A stretch of 64,000 nt of DNA from an uncultured Candidatus Saccharibacteria bacterium (GCA_964559765.1 CAZLHU010000002.1:10075-74074), one strand, 5' to 3'. Positions 29,553-39,130 are shown, counted from the stretch's first letter. Notes: a model not told the origin generated them from the letters alone. Program-made: numbers and translations.

Positions 29553-30073
29553 TATACTTTATCTACTTCCTTATTCTCTGCGACCGCATCCGCGACTTTA
29601 ACGGACTTAAGTTCGCCGGATGAACGCAACATCTCCAATGCCTTGATCGTAGCCATAGCGGTGGTCAGTTTATTGGTTGTAGTACCCAAACACTTGGCAG
29701 TAGCATCACGGATGCCGGCCAACGTGAGCACAACACGAACAGCCCCACCAGCCATCAGACCATGCCCGGAACGAGCCGGCTTCAAAATGACCTTAGCGGC
29801 ACTAAACTTAGCCTCGACTTCATGCGGGATAGTTCCCTCTCTCAAAGAGACCTTAACGATATTCTTCTTAGCGTGGTTCCGAGCTTTCTGGATGGACTGC
29901 TGAAGGTCTATGCCCTTGCCCATACCGACACCGATCCTTCCTCTCATGTCGCCTATAACCACAGTGGAACGGAAGCGAAAACGCTTGCCGCCAGCCATAA
30001 CCCTGGTCACACGGCGTGTTTCCAGCGTCCTGTCTTTGAACTCATCTTTAGCTACAAATCTGGATTCTCTCAT
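29552..30073 (-). CDS. rpsE: 30S ribosomal protein S5
   Basis: RVTRVMAGGKRFRFRSTVVIGD and GIRDATAKCLG motifs. Confidence 0.9.
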   Translation of the reverse strand: MRESRFVAKDEFKDRTLETRRVTRVMAGGKRFRFRSTVVIGDMRGRIGVGMGKGIDLQQSIQKARNHAKKNIVKVSLREGTIPHEVEAKFSAAKVILKPARSGHGLMAGGAVRVVLTLAGIRDATAKCLGTTTNKLTTAMATIKALEMLRSSGELKSVKVADAVAENKEVDKV

Positions 30074-30429
30074 TATACTTTTATGCCTTCTTTACGCATG
30101 GCTTCAGCCACGGCCTTAACTCTACCATGATAGCGATACATTCCGCGATCGAAGACGGCCGCCTTTATTCCAGCCTTCTTGGCCTTCTGAGCCAATATTT
30201 CACTGACAGCCTGGGCTTGATCGGTCTTCTTAATACCTTTCGTGGACTTCAACTCTTTGGTCGAAGCGGAAAACAGGGTCACTCCCTTGGTGTCATCAAT
30301 CAGCTGCAGATAGATATTCCGGTTGCTTCGAAACACCGAAAGCCGAGGAGCCTCCTTAGTGCCACGAGTTTTGGCCCTTGCCCTAATAGCCCTTCTCTCC
30401 CGTATTACGTTTTGTTTTTTGGCTTTCAT
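30073..30429 (-). CDS. rplR: 50S ribosomal protein L18
   Basis: RLSVFRSNRNIYLQLIDD and DRGMYRYHGRVKA motifs. Confidence 0.9.
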   Translation of the reverse strand: MKAKKQNVIRERRAIRARAKTRGTKEAPRLSVFRSNRNIYLQLIDDTKGVTLFSASTKELKSTKGIKKTDQAQAVSEILAQKAKKAGIKAAVFDRGMYRYHGRVKAVAEAMRKEGIKV

Positions 30430-30440
30430 AGCTTTATGTT

Positions 30441-30998
30441 CTATTTCTTGGCCCCACCGGCAGTGCTCGTAGCCTTCTTGCCAGCCTTGCGACGTACGAC
30501 TTCGTCGGAATAATGAATGCCCTTGCCCTTATATGGCTCCGGCTTCTTCAGTTTGCGGATGTGCGCGGCTATATCGCCCACCAAGGTTATGTCTGACCCT
30601 GAAATCTTAATAACGTTCTTCTCAGTGGTGATCTTTATGCCAGCCGGTATCGGGAATCGAACCTGATGGGAAAAACCAAGATTCAGCACCAAGTCTGATC
30701 CCTGGACCTCGGCACGGAAGCCGATACCCTCGATCACCAATTCCTTTTTGAAATCAGTAGTGGCGCCGGTCACGGCATTCTGAATAAGCGCGCGCATAGT
30801 TCCCCAGTTACTGCGAATCTGCTTTGATTCGTTGTCGGGCACTACGGTTATGGTGCTGCCATCAATCGTAAGCTTAATACCCTTAAGGACTTTTACATCC
30901 ATCTTTCCATTCGGACCCTCCACTTTAATGAAGTCGCCGCTGTTATGGACCTTCACCCCCTCGGGTATTGTTATTGGTTTTTTACCTATCTTAGACAT
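30441..30998 (-). CDS. rplF: 50S ribosomal protein L6 (start at MSKIGKKPIT, internal ATG of the track ORF)
   Basis: Two-domain L6 signature. The upstream 21-codon extension in the track would overlap rpsH and is not r-protein-like. Confidence 0.85.
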   Translation of the reverse strand: MSKIGKKPITIPEGVKVHNSGDFIKVEGPNGKMDVKVLKGIKLTIDGSTITVVPDNESKQIRSNWGTMRALIQNAVTGATTDFKKELVIEGIGFRAEVQGSDLVLNLGFSHQVRFPIPAGIKITTEKNVIKISGSDITLVGDIAAHIRKLKKPEPYKGKGIHYSDEVVRRKAGKKATSTAGGAKK

Positions 30999-31008
30999 TG
31001 TTATATTT

Positions 31009-31392
31009 TTACCAAATTTCGAAAAGCATTTCTCCGCCGACCTTCTCGCGCCTGGCGTCATGATTGCTCTTTATACCTGAAGGTGTCGATAGAATGAAGC
31101 GGCCATTGCCACGACGGGACGGCTTGATTTCGCGATAGCCAGAATATACCCGACGGGACGGCTTGCTCAGCAACTTTATGCCCCTTATGGCTGACTGACC
31201 TTCTTCATTGTATTTAAGGTCTATGTCGATTATACGCTTGACGCCCCGTCCCTTACGGACGGCCGAAGCTATGTAACCATATTTGACCAATGCATCTAAC
31301 ACGGCCATATCAGCGGTAGAATATGGGACTTTGACCCTGCTCATCTTTCTGGTCAAACCGTTATTAATTCTGGAAAGCACGTTGTATATCAT
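31009..31392 (-). CDS. rpsH: 30S ribosomal protein S8
   Basis: DALVKYGYI..IIDIDLKY..GRFILSTPSG motifs. Confidence 0.9.
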   Translation of the reverse strand: MIYNVLSRINNGLTRKMSRVKVPYSTADMAVLDALVKYGYIASAVRKGRGVKRIIDIDLKYNEEGQSAIRGIKLLSKPSRRVYSGYREIKPSRRGNGRFILSTPSGIKSNHDARREKVGGEMLFEIW

Positions 31393-31393
31393 A

Positions 31394-31579
31394 TTACCAA
31401 GAGGATTTTTTAACGCCTGGAATGCGACCTAGCTGAGCCAGCTCCCTGAAACAAATACGGCAAAGACCGAAGTCGCGCATATATCCGCGCTTGCGGCCGC
31501 AACGCCAACAACGCCGCACGATTCGGGTCGAGTACTTGGGTTTCTTTTGCGATCTTGCTATGACTGAGGTCTTGGCCAT
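31394..31579 (-). CDS. rpsN: 30S ribosomal protein S14 type Z (zinc-binding)
   Basis: 61 aa; [23 protein letters not shown] has CxxC..CxxC. Confidence 0.9.
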   Translation of the reverse strand: MAKTSVIARSQKKPKYSTRIVRRCWRCGRKRGYMRDFGLCRICFRELAQLGRIPGVKKSSW

Positions 31580-31580
31580 T

Positions 31581-32060
31581 TTATTTTGCTTTTAGAGGCA
31601 TACCTAGGCTGCGGAAGAAGGCTATCCCCTCTTCTTTAGTCTTGGTGTTCGCCACCAATGTGACTTCTAAGCCGAAATTAACCTTCGAGGTTTCAGCGTT
31701 GATTTCTGGGAAAACAGTATGCTCGCGAAAGCCCACTGTCAAATTGCCACGCTTATCAAAATGCTTAAGATCGATGCCTCGGAAGTCACGCACACGGGCC
31801 AAACTGATATTTATCATCCTCGACAAGAAGTCTTGCATCCTTTTCCCACGGAGAGTGGTCGTAAGACCAACTATTTCTCCTTCACGCAGCTTAAAAGTGG
31901 CGATGGATTTCTTAGCTGAACGAGGAGCCGCCTTCTGGCCGGTTATAAGGCCGAGTTCCTCAATTATGCCCGGGAGAACTTTCTCTTCGAACTGCTGATT
32001 CTGGCGAAGGCGACCTACGCCTACGGAAACTACGATTTTCTCTAAATGGTTGCGCTGCAT
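31581..32060 (-). CDS. rplE: 50S ribosomal protein L5
   Basis: VDGVGRL-like start, [10 protein letters not shown], position. Confidence 0.85.
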   Translation of the reverse strand: MQRNHLEKIVVSVGVGRLRQNQQFEEKVLPGIIEELGLITGQKAAPRSAKKSIATFKLREGEIVGLTTTLRGKRMQDFLSRMINISLARVRDFRGIDLKHFDKRGNLTVGFREHTVFPEINAETSKVNFGLEVTLVANTKTKEEGIAFFRSLGMPLKAK

Positions 32061-32350
32061 TGCTTACAATATCTTTCTTTTGGACCTTTGGCCGGACGAC
32101 GATTGCCAACTCTGGTAGCTTTCCCGCAAGCCGGACAAATAACAGCCAGACTGGAAACGTTCAACGGCGTAGGAAGCTTCACCAACTGCCCCTTCTCATT
32201 TGCTGTCTTGGCGCGGACGGCTTTCTGGTGGAGATTAAGACCCTCCACAGTAACAAGACCTTCTAACGGGGCAACTTTAATGACCTTGCCCGATTTGCCT
32301 CGGTCCTTACCCTTCATAATCTTAACTTGATCTCCTTTCTTTATGTTCAT
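32042..32350 (-). CDS. rplX: 50S ribosomal protein L24 (KOW domain) with a CxxC..CxxC cluster in the C-terminal region
   Basis: N-terminal KKGDQVKIMKGKDRGKSGKV KOW motif. C-terminus [21 protein letters not shown]. Confidence 0.85.
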   Translation of the reverse strand: MNIKKGDQVKIMKGKDRGKSGKVIKVAPLEGLVTVEGLNLHQKAVRAKTANEKGQLVKLPTPLNVSSLAVICPACGKATRVGNRRPAKGPKERYCKQCSATI

Positions 32351-32359
32351 CGTTGTAAT

Positions 32360-32725
32360 TTAGACGATTTCTTGAGCCAGCGAAATGACTTTATCATAAC
32401 CGAGCTCTTTAAGCTCGCGGGGCAATGGGCCGAAAACACGGGTAGCTATAGGCTCGCCCTTGTCGAGTATGATCACTGCATTCTCATCGAAACGGACGTA
32501 ACTCCCATCCTTACGGCGGATCGGGGCCTTTGTCCTTATGACCAGCGCATGCACTATATCCTTCTTCTTAATAGTCTTGCGCGGCTCCGCTACCTGCACT
32601 GAAGCGATTATCATCTCGCCCAAATGAGCGTAACGCTTGCGCGTGCTGCCCAAAACACGGAAGCACCTTACCACCTTGGCGCCAGAATTATCAGCTACTT
32701 TTAATACGGAACGTTCTTGGATCAT
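32360..32725 (-). CDS. rplN: 50S ribosomal protein L14
   Basis: MIQERSVLKVADNSGAK start. Confidence 0.9.
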   Translation of the reverse strand: MIQERSVLKVADNSGAKVVRCFRVLGSTRKRYAHLGEMIIASVQVAEPRKTIKKKDIVHALVIRTKAPIRRKDGSYVRFDENAVIILDKGEPIATRVFGPLPRELKELGYDKVISLAQEIV

Positions 32726-32727
32726 TT

Positions 32728-33009
32728 TTACTCTTCAACTTTTTTTGCTGACGAACCATCCACCTTGCTTATTATCCGAAAACGCTTGTCGCGTGAAATA
32801 GGCCTGGTCTCTTCAATGACTACACGATCGCCTATTTTATAGAGATTGCCTTCGTCGTGCGCCTTAAATTTAGAGCTGAGCGTATAGTGCTTCAGATATT
32901 TAGGATGGAACTTTGAACGGGTCACTTCGACAACCCGGGTTTTAGACATCTTGTCAGAAACCACGACCCCCTCTAAACGGCGATGTTTTTTGATATTATT
33001 TTCTGTCAT
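32728..33009 (-). CDS. rpsQ: 30S ribosomal protein S17
   Basis: LEGVVVSDKMSKTRVVEV and KFKAHDEGN motifs. Confidence 0.85.
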   Translation of the reverse strand: MTENNIKKHRRLEGVVVSDKMSKTRVVEVTRSKFHPKYLKHYTLSSKFKAHDEGNLYKIGDRVVIEETRPISRDKRFRIISKVDGSSAKKVEE

Positions 33010-33205
33010 TTTTCGCTTTTTCGTTGATGAACGTCATTAGCCTGGCCACCTTCTTGCGAGCCTCGGAAATGGCCCTTATATCCTTTACTTTGCCTGCGGC
33101 CAAATCGAACTTTAATCCCCGCAACTCTTCCTTGGCGGCGATTATAACCCTCTCCATTTCCTGTGGAGCCATCTCTTTCAATTTTTCTATATCATTCTTC
33201 TTCAT
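32996..33205 (-). CDS. rpmC: 50S ribosomal protein L29
   Basis: 69-aa helical protein (KEMAPQEMERVIIAAKEELRGLKF); position. Confidence 0.8.
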   Translation of the reverse strand: MKKNDIEKLKEMAPQEMERVIIAAKEELRGLKFDLAAGKVKDIRAISEARKKVARLMTFINEKAKNDRK

Positions 33206-33210
33206 TTGGG

Positions 33211-33630
33211 TTAATTGTTTTCCGAGCTCACGACCCTCGTCAGTACCGGCATCTTATGTCCGGCCAAAGTGAGGGCTTCGCGTGCTGTTTCTTTCGGTAT
33301 GCCATCGACTTCGAACAATATCCTTCCCGGCCTGACTGGGAATACGTAATGGTCCACGGCTCCTTTTCCGCCGCCCATGGTTCCTCCCGCTGATCGCTGG
33401 GTTACCGGCTTGTCCGGGAAGATCCTTATCCATAGACGCCCCTGGCGTTTCATGAAGTTCGTGATTGTCCTTCGGCCAGCTTCAATCTGTTTAGAGGTAA
33501 TCCAAGACGATTCCAAAGCCTGCAAACCATATGATCCGTAAGCCACAGTCAAACCACGCGTTTCAACTTCACGCTTCTTGGAGCGGCCCTTGTGCCATTT
33601 GCGATGTTTTACTTTCTTTGGAATAAACAT
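33211..33630 (-). CDS. rplP: 50S ribosomal protein L16
   Basis: MFIPKKVKHRKWHKGR start. Confidence 0.9.
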   Translation of the reverse strand: MFIPKKVKHRKWHKGRSKKREVETRGLTVAYGSYGLQALESSWITSKQIEAGRRTITNFMKRQGRLWIRIFPDKPVTQRSAGGTMGGGKGAVDHYVFPVRPGRILFEVDGIPKETAREALTLAGHKMPVLTRVVSSENN

Positions 33631-33636
33631 TTTGAA

Positions 33637-34278
33637 TTATTTCTTGTCGAATATTTCTCCCTTATATATCCATACCTTTATGCCGATAGCGCCGTACGTG
33701 CAAAAAGCCGTGGCGGTCCCGTAATCAACATTTGCCCTTAGCGTAGATAGCGGAAGCTTGCCCTTGCCAAGCCATTCCGTCCTGGCGATTTCGCTTCCGT
33801 TCAAACGTCCGGCAATCTGCACCTTTGCCCCCTGCACCTCGCGATGCTGGAAGAAAGATTCCAAGGATTTCTTCATCACTCTCCTGAACGGGGTCCTCTT
33901 CTCTATATCCCAGGCCATGTTCTGTGCGGCCACTTTAGCTGAAAGCTCGGTGCGCTTCAATTCCTCGACATTGAGACTGAGGCCAACCTTGCTCTTAATA
34001 ACCTTCTCTATCGCCTTGCTCAAATCTTCGATGCCCTTTCCTCCGCGGCCGATTATAAGGCCCGGACGGCTGGCTTTTATCAAAATCTTATAGCGGTCGC
34101 TGAGCCGTTCAATCTCGATCTTGGCGACGCCGGCCAGACCGATCCTCTTCATGATCACATCCCGGACTTTTTCATCCTCCTCCAACCAAGCGGCCATATT
34201 CTTGCGCGAAAGCCACTTGATATCCCAATCCTTGGTTATCCCTAAACGATATGAATCTGGTCTTATTTTGTGTCCCAT
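33637..34278 (-). CDS. rpsC: 30S ribosomal protein S3 (start at MGHKIRP, internal ATG of the track ORF)
   Basis: MGHKIRPDSYRLGITKDW is the canonical S3 N-terminus. The 52-codon Arg-rich extension in the track overlaps rplV. Confidence 0.85.
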   Translation of the reverse strand: MGHKIRPDSYRLGITKDWDIKWLSRKNMAAWLEEDEKVRDVIMKRIGLAGVAKIEIERLSDRYKILIKASRPGLIIGRGGKGIEDLSKAIEKVIKSKVGLSLNVEELKRTELSAKVAAQNMAWDIEKRTPFRRVMKKSLESFFQHREVQGAKVQIAGRLNGSEIARTEWLGKGKLPLSTLRANVDYGTATAFCTYGAIGIKVWIYKGEIFDKK

Positions 34279-34279
34279 T

Positions 34280-34792
34280 TTATATTGCTTTTCTTTGGAA
34301 TGTTCTCCTGAAGAATCCGGGCTTATTGGTGTTCTCCCTTGTACCCTCCGGCTTGGTCTCGGGCGCCTTCGCCTTCGCCTTACGCTCCGGCTTGGCTTCC
34401 TTCTTAGGCTTCTTGTCTGCCTTGGCCAGATCAAAACGGTTCGGCTTGGTCGAAGTAGACTCAGCGAGAACTAACGTGATGTGGCTCATCTTCTTCATGA
34501 TCGGCGTAGCTCTGCCCTGAGCCCTGGGCAAACTCCTCTTCATCATCGGGCCCTGATCGACGAATATCGTCTTGACGACGAGCTTATCGACGTTCATTCC
34601 AGAATTCTTCGCGTTAGATATTGCCGAACGGAGCAATTTTACGACCGGATCGGCTGAACGGGATGTGACGACCAAAAGCTGGGCCAAGGCCTCATTGACC
34701 GGCATGCGCTTAATAAGGTTGGCAACCAATCGCACTTTTCGCGGTGCGATGTGAAGATTCCTTAATTTAGCTGTAGTTTCGGTCTTTGTCAT
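34280..34792 (-). CDS. rplV: 50S ribosomal protein L22 with Lys-rich C-terminal extension
   Basis: LRNLHIAPRKVRLVANLIKRMPVNEA motif; KPKKEAKPERKAKAKAPE tail. Confidence 0.85.
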   Translation of the reverse strand: MTKTETTAKLRNLHIAPRKVRLVANLIKRMPVNEALAQLLVVTSRSADPVVKLLRSAISNAKNSGMNVDKLVVKTIFVDQGPMMKRSLPRAQGRATPIMKKMSHITLVLAESTSTKPNRFDLAKADKKPKKEAKPERKAKAKAPETKPEGTRENTNKPGFFRRTFQRKAI

Positions 34793-34794
34793 TT

Positions 34795-35139
34795 TTATTT
34801 CTTAGCTGCTGGTCCCGCTGTCTTGGCTGCCGCAGCTGACGTCTTTTGAGCCTCGGCTGCCTTGGTCTCCAGTTCCTTCTGGATCTTGCCTCCGTGCCTT
34901 ACAAACTTGCGGGTCTGCGAGAATTCACCCAAACGATGCCCGACCATCTCTTCAGAGACGATAACCGAGATGAAATCCTTGCCGTTGTGAACTCCGAAAT
35001 TGAATCCCACCATTTCTGGCGATATCTCGGAATCCCTGCTCCAAGTCTTGATCATATTCTTAAGGTCCGGCTTCAAGCCTGAAATCTTTTTCAGTAAGCT
35101 CGGGTCTACGTATGGTCCTTTTTTGCTGCTTCTGCTCAT
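34795..35139 (-). CDS. rpsS: 30S ribosomal protein S19
   Basis: [23 protein letters not shown] motifs; Ala/Lys-rich tail. Confidence 0.9.
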   Translation of the reverse strand: MSRSSKKGPYVDPSLLKKISGLKPDLKNMIKTWSRDSEISPEMVGFNFGVHNGKDFISVIVSEEMVGHRLGEFSQTRKFVRHGGKIQKELETKAAEAQKTSAAAAKTAGPAAKK

Positions 35140-35142
35140 TTT

Positions 35143-35985
35143 TTATTTCTTACGTTTCTTGTTTACGCGACGGGACACAATAAGCCTGGCTGAATATTTC
35201 TTCTTCTTACGGGTCTTGTGACCACCGGTGACCTTGCCCCACCTAGTCTTGGGACGTTTGGTACCACGGGGCTGCTTGCCCTCTCCTCCTCCATACGGAT
35301 GGTCAACCGGATTCATGACCGAACCACGAACCGTAGGACGAATGCCCTTCATGCGGTTGCGGCCCGCCTTACCAATAGATACCAGAATATGGTCCGGATT
35401 GGAAACCTGCCCGATTGAAGCGAAATTGGTCCACATGACCCTGCGAACTTCTCCCGAAGGCATCTTTAAATCAGTGTACCCCGAACCCTGGGCCATGATC
35501 TGGGCCTGGCTTCCGGCGCTGCGGATTATCTGTCCGCCGCGACCTGGGTTTATCTCTATATTATGGACATTGTATCCGACCGGGATATTTTTCAAAGGCA
35601 AACGGTTGCCGACCTTAAGCTCAGCCTTTTCGGCTATGAGCATCGGGTCACCGACTTTGAGGCCCTCCGGGGCGAGATGGTAACGACGATCTCCGTCCTT
35701 ATAAAGGACGCTGACTATGAATGCACTGCGATACGGATCGTATTCCAAGGTCTCAACCCTGCCAGGCACGTTTATTTTGGCTTGGCGGAAATCTATGTCG
35801 CGATACAGCCTCTTTACGCCACCGCCTTGATGACGGACGGTGATGCGCCCGCGGTTATTCCTGCCGGCTGGAGACTTCAAACGACGACGAGATCGCTTCA
35901 TCGGTTTGACGTCCGAAAGCGAGCTGTAATCGATTACGCTCATGGAACGGCGGGATGGTGTGTATGGCTTATAGTGCTTAATCAT
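35143..35985 (-). CDS. rplB: 50S ribosomal protein L2
   Basis: GRNNRGRITVRHQGGG, MNPVDHPYGGGEG motifs. Confidence 0.95.
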   Translation of the reverse strand: MIKHYKPYTPSRRSMSVIDYSSLSDVKPMKRSRRRLKSPAGRNNRGRITVRHQGGGVKRLYRDIDFRQAKINVPGRVETLEYDPYRSAFIVSVLYKDGDRRYHLAPEGLKVGDPMLIAEKAELKVGNRLPLKNIPVGYNVHNIEINPGRGGQIIRSAGSQAQIMAQGSGYTDLKMPSGEVRRVMWTNFASIGQVSNPDHILVSIGKAGRNRMKGIRPTVRGSVMNPVDHPYGGGEGKQPRGTKRPKTRWGKVTGGHKTRKKKKYSARLIVSRRVNKKRKK

Positions 35986-36013
35986 TTCTCAATTTATTCG
36001 CCTGATATTCGCT

Positions 36014-36268
36014 TTATTGCGGTATAATGTCAATTTTTTCACCTTCCTTTAACTGCACGATTGCCTTCTTTTGGCTTGATTCGGAAGGCATGCTCAATAT
36101 ATTGATCCTGATGGCATGCACATTGTAGATCCTCTTCAACTCTTCCTTGATCTGTTTTGAATTTGCGCCCTTGGTGACCACGAAGACATACTTCCTGTCG
36201 TTAACCATACCGGCAGCTTTTTCGGTAACCCAAGGCTTTATTATGATATGTGAATTACTTTGCAACAT
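36014..36268 (-). CDS. rplW: 50S ribosomal protein L23
   Basis: IIIKPWVTEKAA..YVFVVTKGANSKQIKEELKRIYNV motifs. Confidence 0.85.
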   Translation of the reverse strand: MLQSNSHIIIKPWVTEKAAGMVNDRKYVFVVTKGANSKQIKEELKRIYNVHAIRINILSMPSESSQKKAIVQLKEGEKIDIIPQ

Positions 36269-36890
36269 TGTAGTGCTTTTCTATTAGCTCAACCGATCCT
36301 TTTTCTATAATAATCTGCCTGTACTTAAGTAGGTCGTAAATATTCAAAGCCTTAGGGTCTAAAACTTTGACTCCCTTAAGATTGCGGCTTATCTGGTGTA
36401 TCTTTCCGCCCTTAGCCGGAAGAATAAGAGTGTTCATCCTGCCGTCTTTAAGTATGACTTTTAGAACCGCAGCCAGAGCTTTGGTCTTTGGATCTATGCC
36501 ATCAAGCGAATCAATGAATTTTATTTCATTGTCCCTTAGGCGTCGCGACAATACGGCGAACGTGGCTATCTGCCTCATCTTCTTATTGAGCTTCACCGTC
36601 CAATCGCGCTCGGCTGTCGGACCGTGGGTCACGCCACCGCCCTTCCAAATAGGAGAACGGATAGAACCGTGACGAGCCTTACCGGTGCCTTTCTGCCTCC
36701 AAGGCTTTATTCCTCCGCCGCGAACCTCGCTTCTTCCTTTGACGTGCGCCGAAGACAAACGGGCATTGTTCTGTTGGGCCAACATCGCCTGATGGACCAA
36801 GTCAGAGTTCCAATGCACTCCGAAGATACGATCCGGAAGCTCTACCGAACCCACCTTCTTATTGCTCTTGTCGAATACTTCAGCTGTCAT
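36255..36890 (-). CDS. rplD: 50S ribosomal protein L4
   Basis: KPWRQKGTGKARHGSIRSPIWKGGGVTHGP motif. Confidence 0.9.
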   Translation of the reverse strand: MTAEVFDKSNKKVGSVELPDRIFGVHWNSDLVHQAMLAQQNNARLSSAHVKGRSEVRGGGIKPWRQKGTGKARHGSIRSPIWKGGGVTHGPTAERDWTVKLNKKMRQIATFAVLSRRLRDNEIKFIDSLDGIDPKTKALAAVLKVILKDGRMNTLILPAKGGKIHQISRNLKGVKVLDPKALNIYDLLKYRQIIIEKGSVELIEKHYNVAK

Positions 36891-36892
36891 TT

Positions 36893-37342
36893 TTATGCTT
36901 TTGCTTTAACGAATTTTGTTGCCGGAACGATTTCAACAACAGTGCCCTTTCTCCCGGGAACCGCTCCTTTTATCGAGATGACGTTCTTCTCGGCGTCTAT
37001 ATCGATGATCGTCAGGTTCTTCAAAGTAACCCTGTCTCCGCCCATGCGTCCAGCCATTCTGGTTCCTTTTATGACTCTTTGCGGCGCAGTTGCTCCGATA
37101 GAGCCTGGAGCGCGCCAGCGGTTCTTCTGACCGTGGGTCTTGGGTCCTCCTGCGAAACCATGGCGTTTAACTACTCCCTGGAATCCGCGGCCCTTCGTTA
37201 CGCCGCTTACCCACACTAAATCTCCAGCCTTGAACTCATGGTCCTCGCTTTTGGCGGTAACCTGAATAAGGGTGATGGCCGTAGCCTGATCATCCTTCCA
37301 AACCTGGGTCATATTAAGTTTTTTGCCTTTTAAAGCCGTCAT
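36893..37342 (-). CDS. rplC: 50S ribosomal protein L3 (short form)
   Basis: [10 protein letters not shown] and [23 protein letters not shown] motifs; 149 aa. Confidence 0.85.
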   Translation of the reverse strand: MTALKGKKLNMTQVWKDDQATAITLIQVTAKSEDHEFKAGDLVWVSGVTKGRGFQGVVKRHGFAGGPKTHGQKNRWRAPGSIGATAPQRVIKGTRMAGRMGGDRVTLKNLTIIDIDAEKNVISIKGAVPGRKGTVVEIVPATKFVKAKA

Positions 37343-37517
37343 GTTTTTTGATTAATTTCTCAAAAATAAAACAACCGAGGAGCTCGGTTGCTTTATCGCC
37401 CTTGGGGGCTTAATTGCACTTACCGCTATCTCCTCACATCAAACGCGTTCTAGTAATTCTAGACGGAGGTTTGTGTGACGGGTTATTTTGCCTGCATCAA
37501 TGCAGAACGGGTGTATA
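37343..37517 (-). promoter_or_regulatory. Structured 175-nt spacer between rpsJ and rplC. Contains an intrinsic-terminator-like hairpin (37372-37390) plus U-tract (37360-37371) 18 nt upstream of the rplC start, and a second small hairpin (37492-37505)
   Basis: Minus strand reads gCAACCGAGctcCTCGGTTGttttatttttgag. Second stem is ctgca-tcaa-tgcag. Confidence 0.5.
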
Positions 37518-37856
37518 TTACACCATCTTTATCTCTACGTCCACCCCAGCCGGAAGGTTCAAATCACGCAGTGATTCGATGATCTTTGGGGCTGGCTTCT
37601 GGATGTCGATAAGGCGCTTATGAATGCGCATTTCGAACTGCTCGCGAGACTTCTTATGGACGAAAGTGGAACGATTGACGGTGTACTTCTTAAATTCGGT
37701 TGGCAACGGCAAAGGACCTATGACTACGGCTCCCAATCGCTGCATTGCATCGATTATCTGGTGGCAAGAATTATCAACCAGGCGGTGGTCGTATGACCTT
37801 ATTCTCAAGCGGAGTTTCTCGCCCTGGGTTGTCTCTTTGTTTTCCTTTGTAGCCAT
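37518..37856 (-). CDS. rpsJ: 30S ribosomal protein S10
   Basis: KLRLRIRSYDHRLVDNSCHQIID and the RIHKRLIDI motif. Confidence 0.9.
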   Translation of the reverse strand: MATKENKETTQGEKLRLRIRSYDHRLVDNSCHQIIDAMQRLGAVVIGPLPLPTEFKKYTVNRSTFVHKKSREQFEMRIHKRLIDIQKPAPKIIESLRDLNLPAGVDVEIKMV

Positions 37857-37893
37857 TTTGTCCTTTTAGTAATGTGCGGTCTTAGATATCAGT

Positions 37894-37919
37894 GACCCGT
37901 CATATATTTTAGACGGGTC
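37894..37919 (-). promoter_or_regulatory. GC-rich 8-bp hairpin 11 nt downstream of the tuf stop (no U-tract)
   Basis: gacccgtc-atatatttta-gacgggtc. Confidence 0.45.
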
Positions 37920-37930
37920 CTCCTGATGGA

Positions 37931-39130
37931 TTATTTGATTATCTTGGTGACGACGCCGGCTCCGACTGTCTTGCCACCTTCGCGTACGGCGAAACGCTGT
38001 TTCTCTTCCAATGCGACTGGCGCTACCAACTTCACGGTGAACTTGGCTGTATCGCCAGGCATAATCATCTCTGTTCCCTGGGCCAAAGTGATTTCTCCGG
38101 TAACGTCCGTAGTCCTGATGTAGAACTGGGGCTTATATCCAGCGAAGATTGGAGTGTGACGTCCACCTTCCTCCTTGCTCAAGATATAGACTTCGACGTC
38201 GAATTCGGTATGAGGAGTAACCGTGCCCGGCTTGGCGATAACCTGTCCGCGCTCAACGTCCTCTTTCTTCAATCCACGAAGCAATGCGCCGACGTTATCT
38301 CCAGCGATAGCCTCATCCAAAGTCTTTTGGAACATTTCCAGGCCGGTTATGACGGTCTTCTGGGTCGGCTTGAGACCGACGATTTCAACTTCCTCGTTGA
38401 CCTTGATCTTGCCACGCTCAACACGTCCGGTGACTACCGTACCGCGGCCTTCGATCGAGAAGATGTCCTCGATAGGCATAAGGAACGGCTTGTCGATTTC
38501 TCTCTTTGGTTCAGGAATGTAGGTGTCCAAAGCATTTACCAAGTCGAGGATCGGCTTAACTGCCGGATCATCGAGGGTCTTGGCTTCCAACGCCTTCAAA
38601 GCCGAGCCACGAATGACTGGGGCATTGTCGCCGTCGAACTGATACTTCTTCAAAAGCTCACGAACCTCAGACTCAACCAAATCAATGAGCTCTGGGTCAT
38701 CAACCATATCACACTTGTTCAAGAAGACGATGATGTTCGGCACACCGACTTGGTGAGCCAACAGGATGTGCTCGCGGGTCTGCGGCATCGGGCCGTCAGT
38801 AGCGGCGACAACCAGGATAGCGCCGTCCATCTGGGCAGCACCGGTAATCATGTTCTTGATGTAATCAGCGTGACCAGGGGCATCGATGTGCGCATAGTGA
38901 CGCTTCTCGGACTCATATTCCGAGTGGTGCAAAGCGATAGTAATACCACGCGCCTTCTCTTCAGGAGCGTTGTCGATCTGATCGACTTTCTCTTCCTTCT
39001 TTGCGAGACCCTTCATAAACAACACGTGAGTGATCGCGGCAGTGAGGGTAGTCTTGCCGTGGTCAACGTGGCCGATGGTGCCGACGTTAACGTGCGGCTT
39101 CGACCGTGAGAATTTTTCTTTTTCTGCCAT
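37931..39130 (-). CDS. tuf: Elongation factor Tu (start at MAEKEKF, internal ATG of the track ORF)
   Basis: [38 protein letters not shown] motifs; 399 aa from that start. Confidence 0.95.
   Translation of the reverse strand: MAEKEKFSRSKPHVNVGTIGHVDHGKTTLTAAITHVLFMKGLAKKEEKVDQIDNAPEEKARGITIALHHSEYESEKRHYAHIDAPGHADYIKNMITGAAQMDGAILVVAATDGPMPQTREHILLAHQVGVPNIIVFLNKCDMVDDPELIDLVESEVRELLKKYQFDGDNAPVIRGSALKALEAKTLDDPAVKPILDLVNALDTYIPEPKREIDKPFLMPIEDIFSIEGRGTVVTGRVERGKIKVNEEVEIVGLKPTQKTVITGLEMFQKTLDEAIAGDNVGALLRGLKKEDVERGQVIAKPGTVTPHTEFDVEVYILSKEEGGRHTPIFAGYKPQFYIRTTDVTGEITLAQGTEMIMPGDTAKFTVKLVAPVALEEKQRFAVREGGKTVGAGVVTKIIK

Noticed and set aside
33637-34434. N-terminal extensions in track ORFs for rpsC, rplF (30441..31061), tuf (to 39199), the M50 protease (to 43096), CheY (to 44580), toastrack (to 50488) and HD hydrolase (to 52047)
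   Set aside because: The extensions overlap the upstream gene, are Arg/Pro-rich or non-conserved, and an internal ATG gives the canonical family N-terminus in each case (MGHKIRP, MSKIGKKPIT, MAEKEKF and so on). I report the internal starts.
38156-39109. 317-aa plus-strand ORF inside the tuf locus, and similar antisense ORFs (7471..8193 +, 15674..16309 +, 53384..53728 +, 56754..57254 +)
   Set aside because: Each lies opposite a confidently identified minus-strand gene (tuf, PKD protein, PBP2, aspS, T4CP-like ATPase). The translations are Arg/Leu-rich with no motifs.
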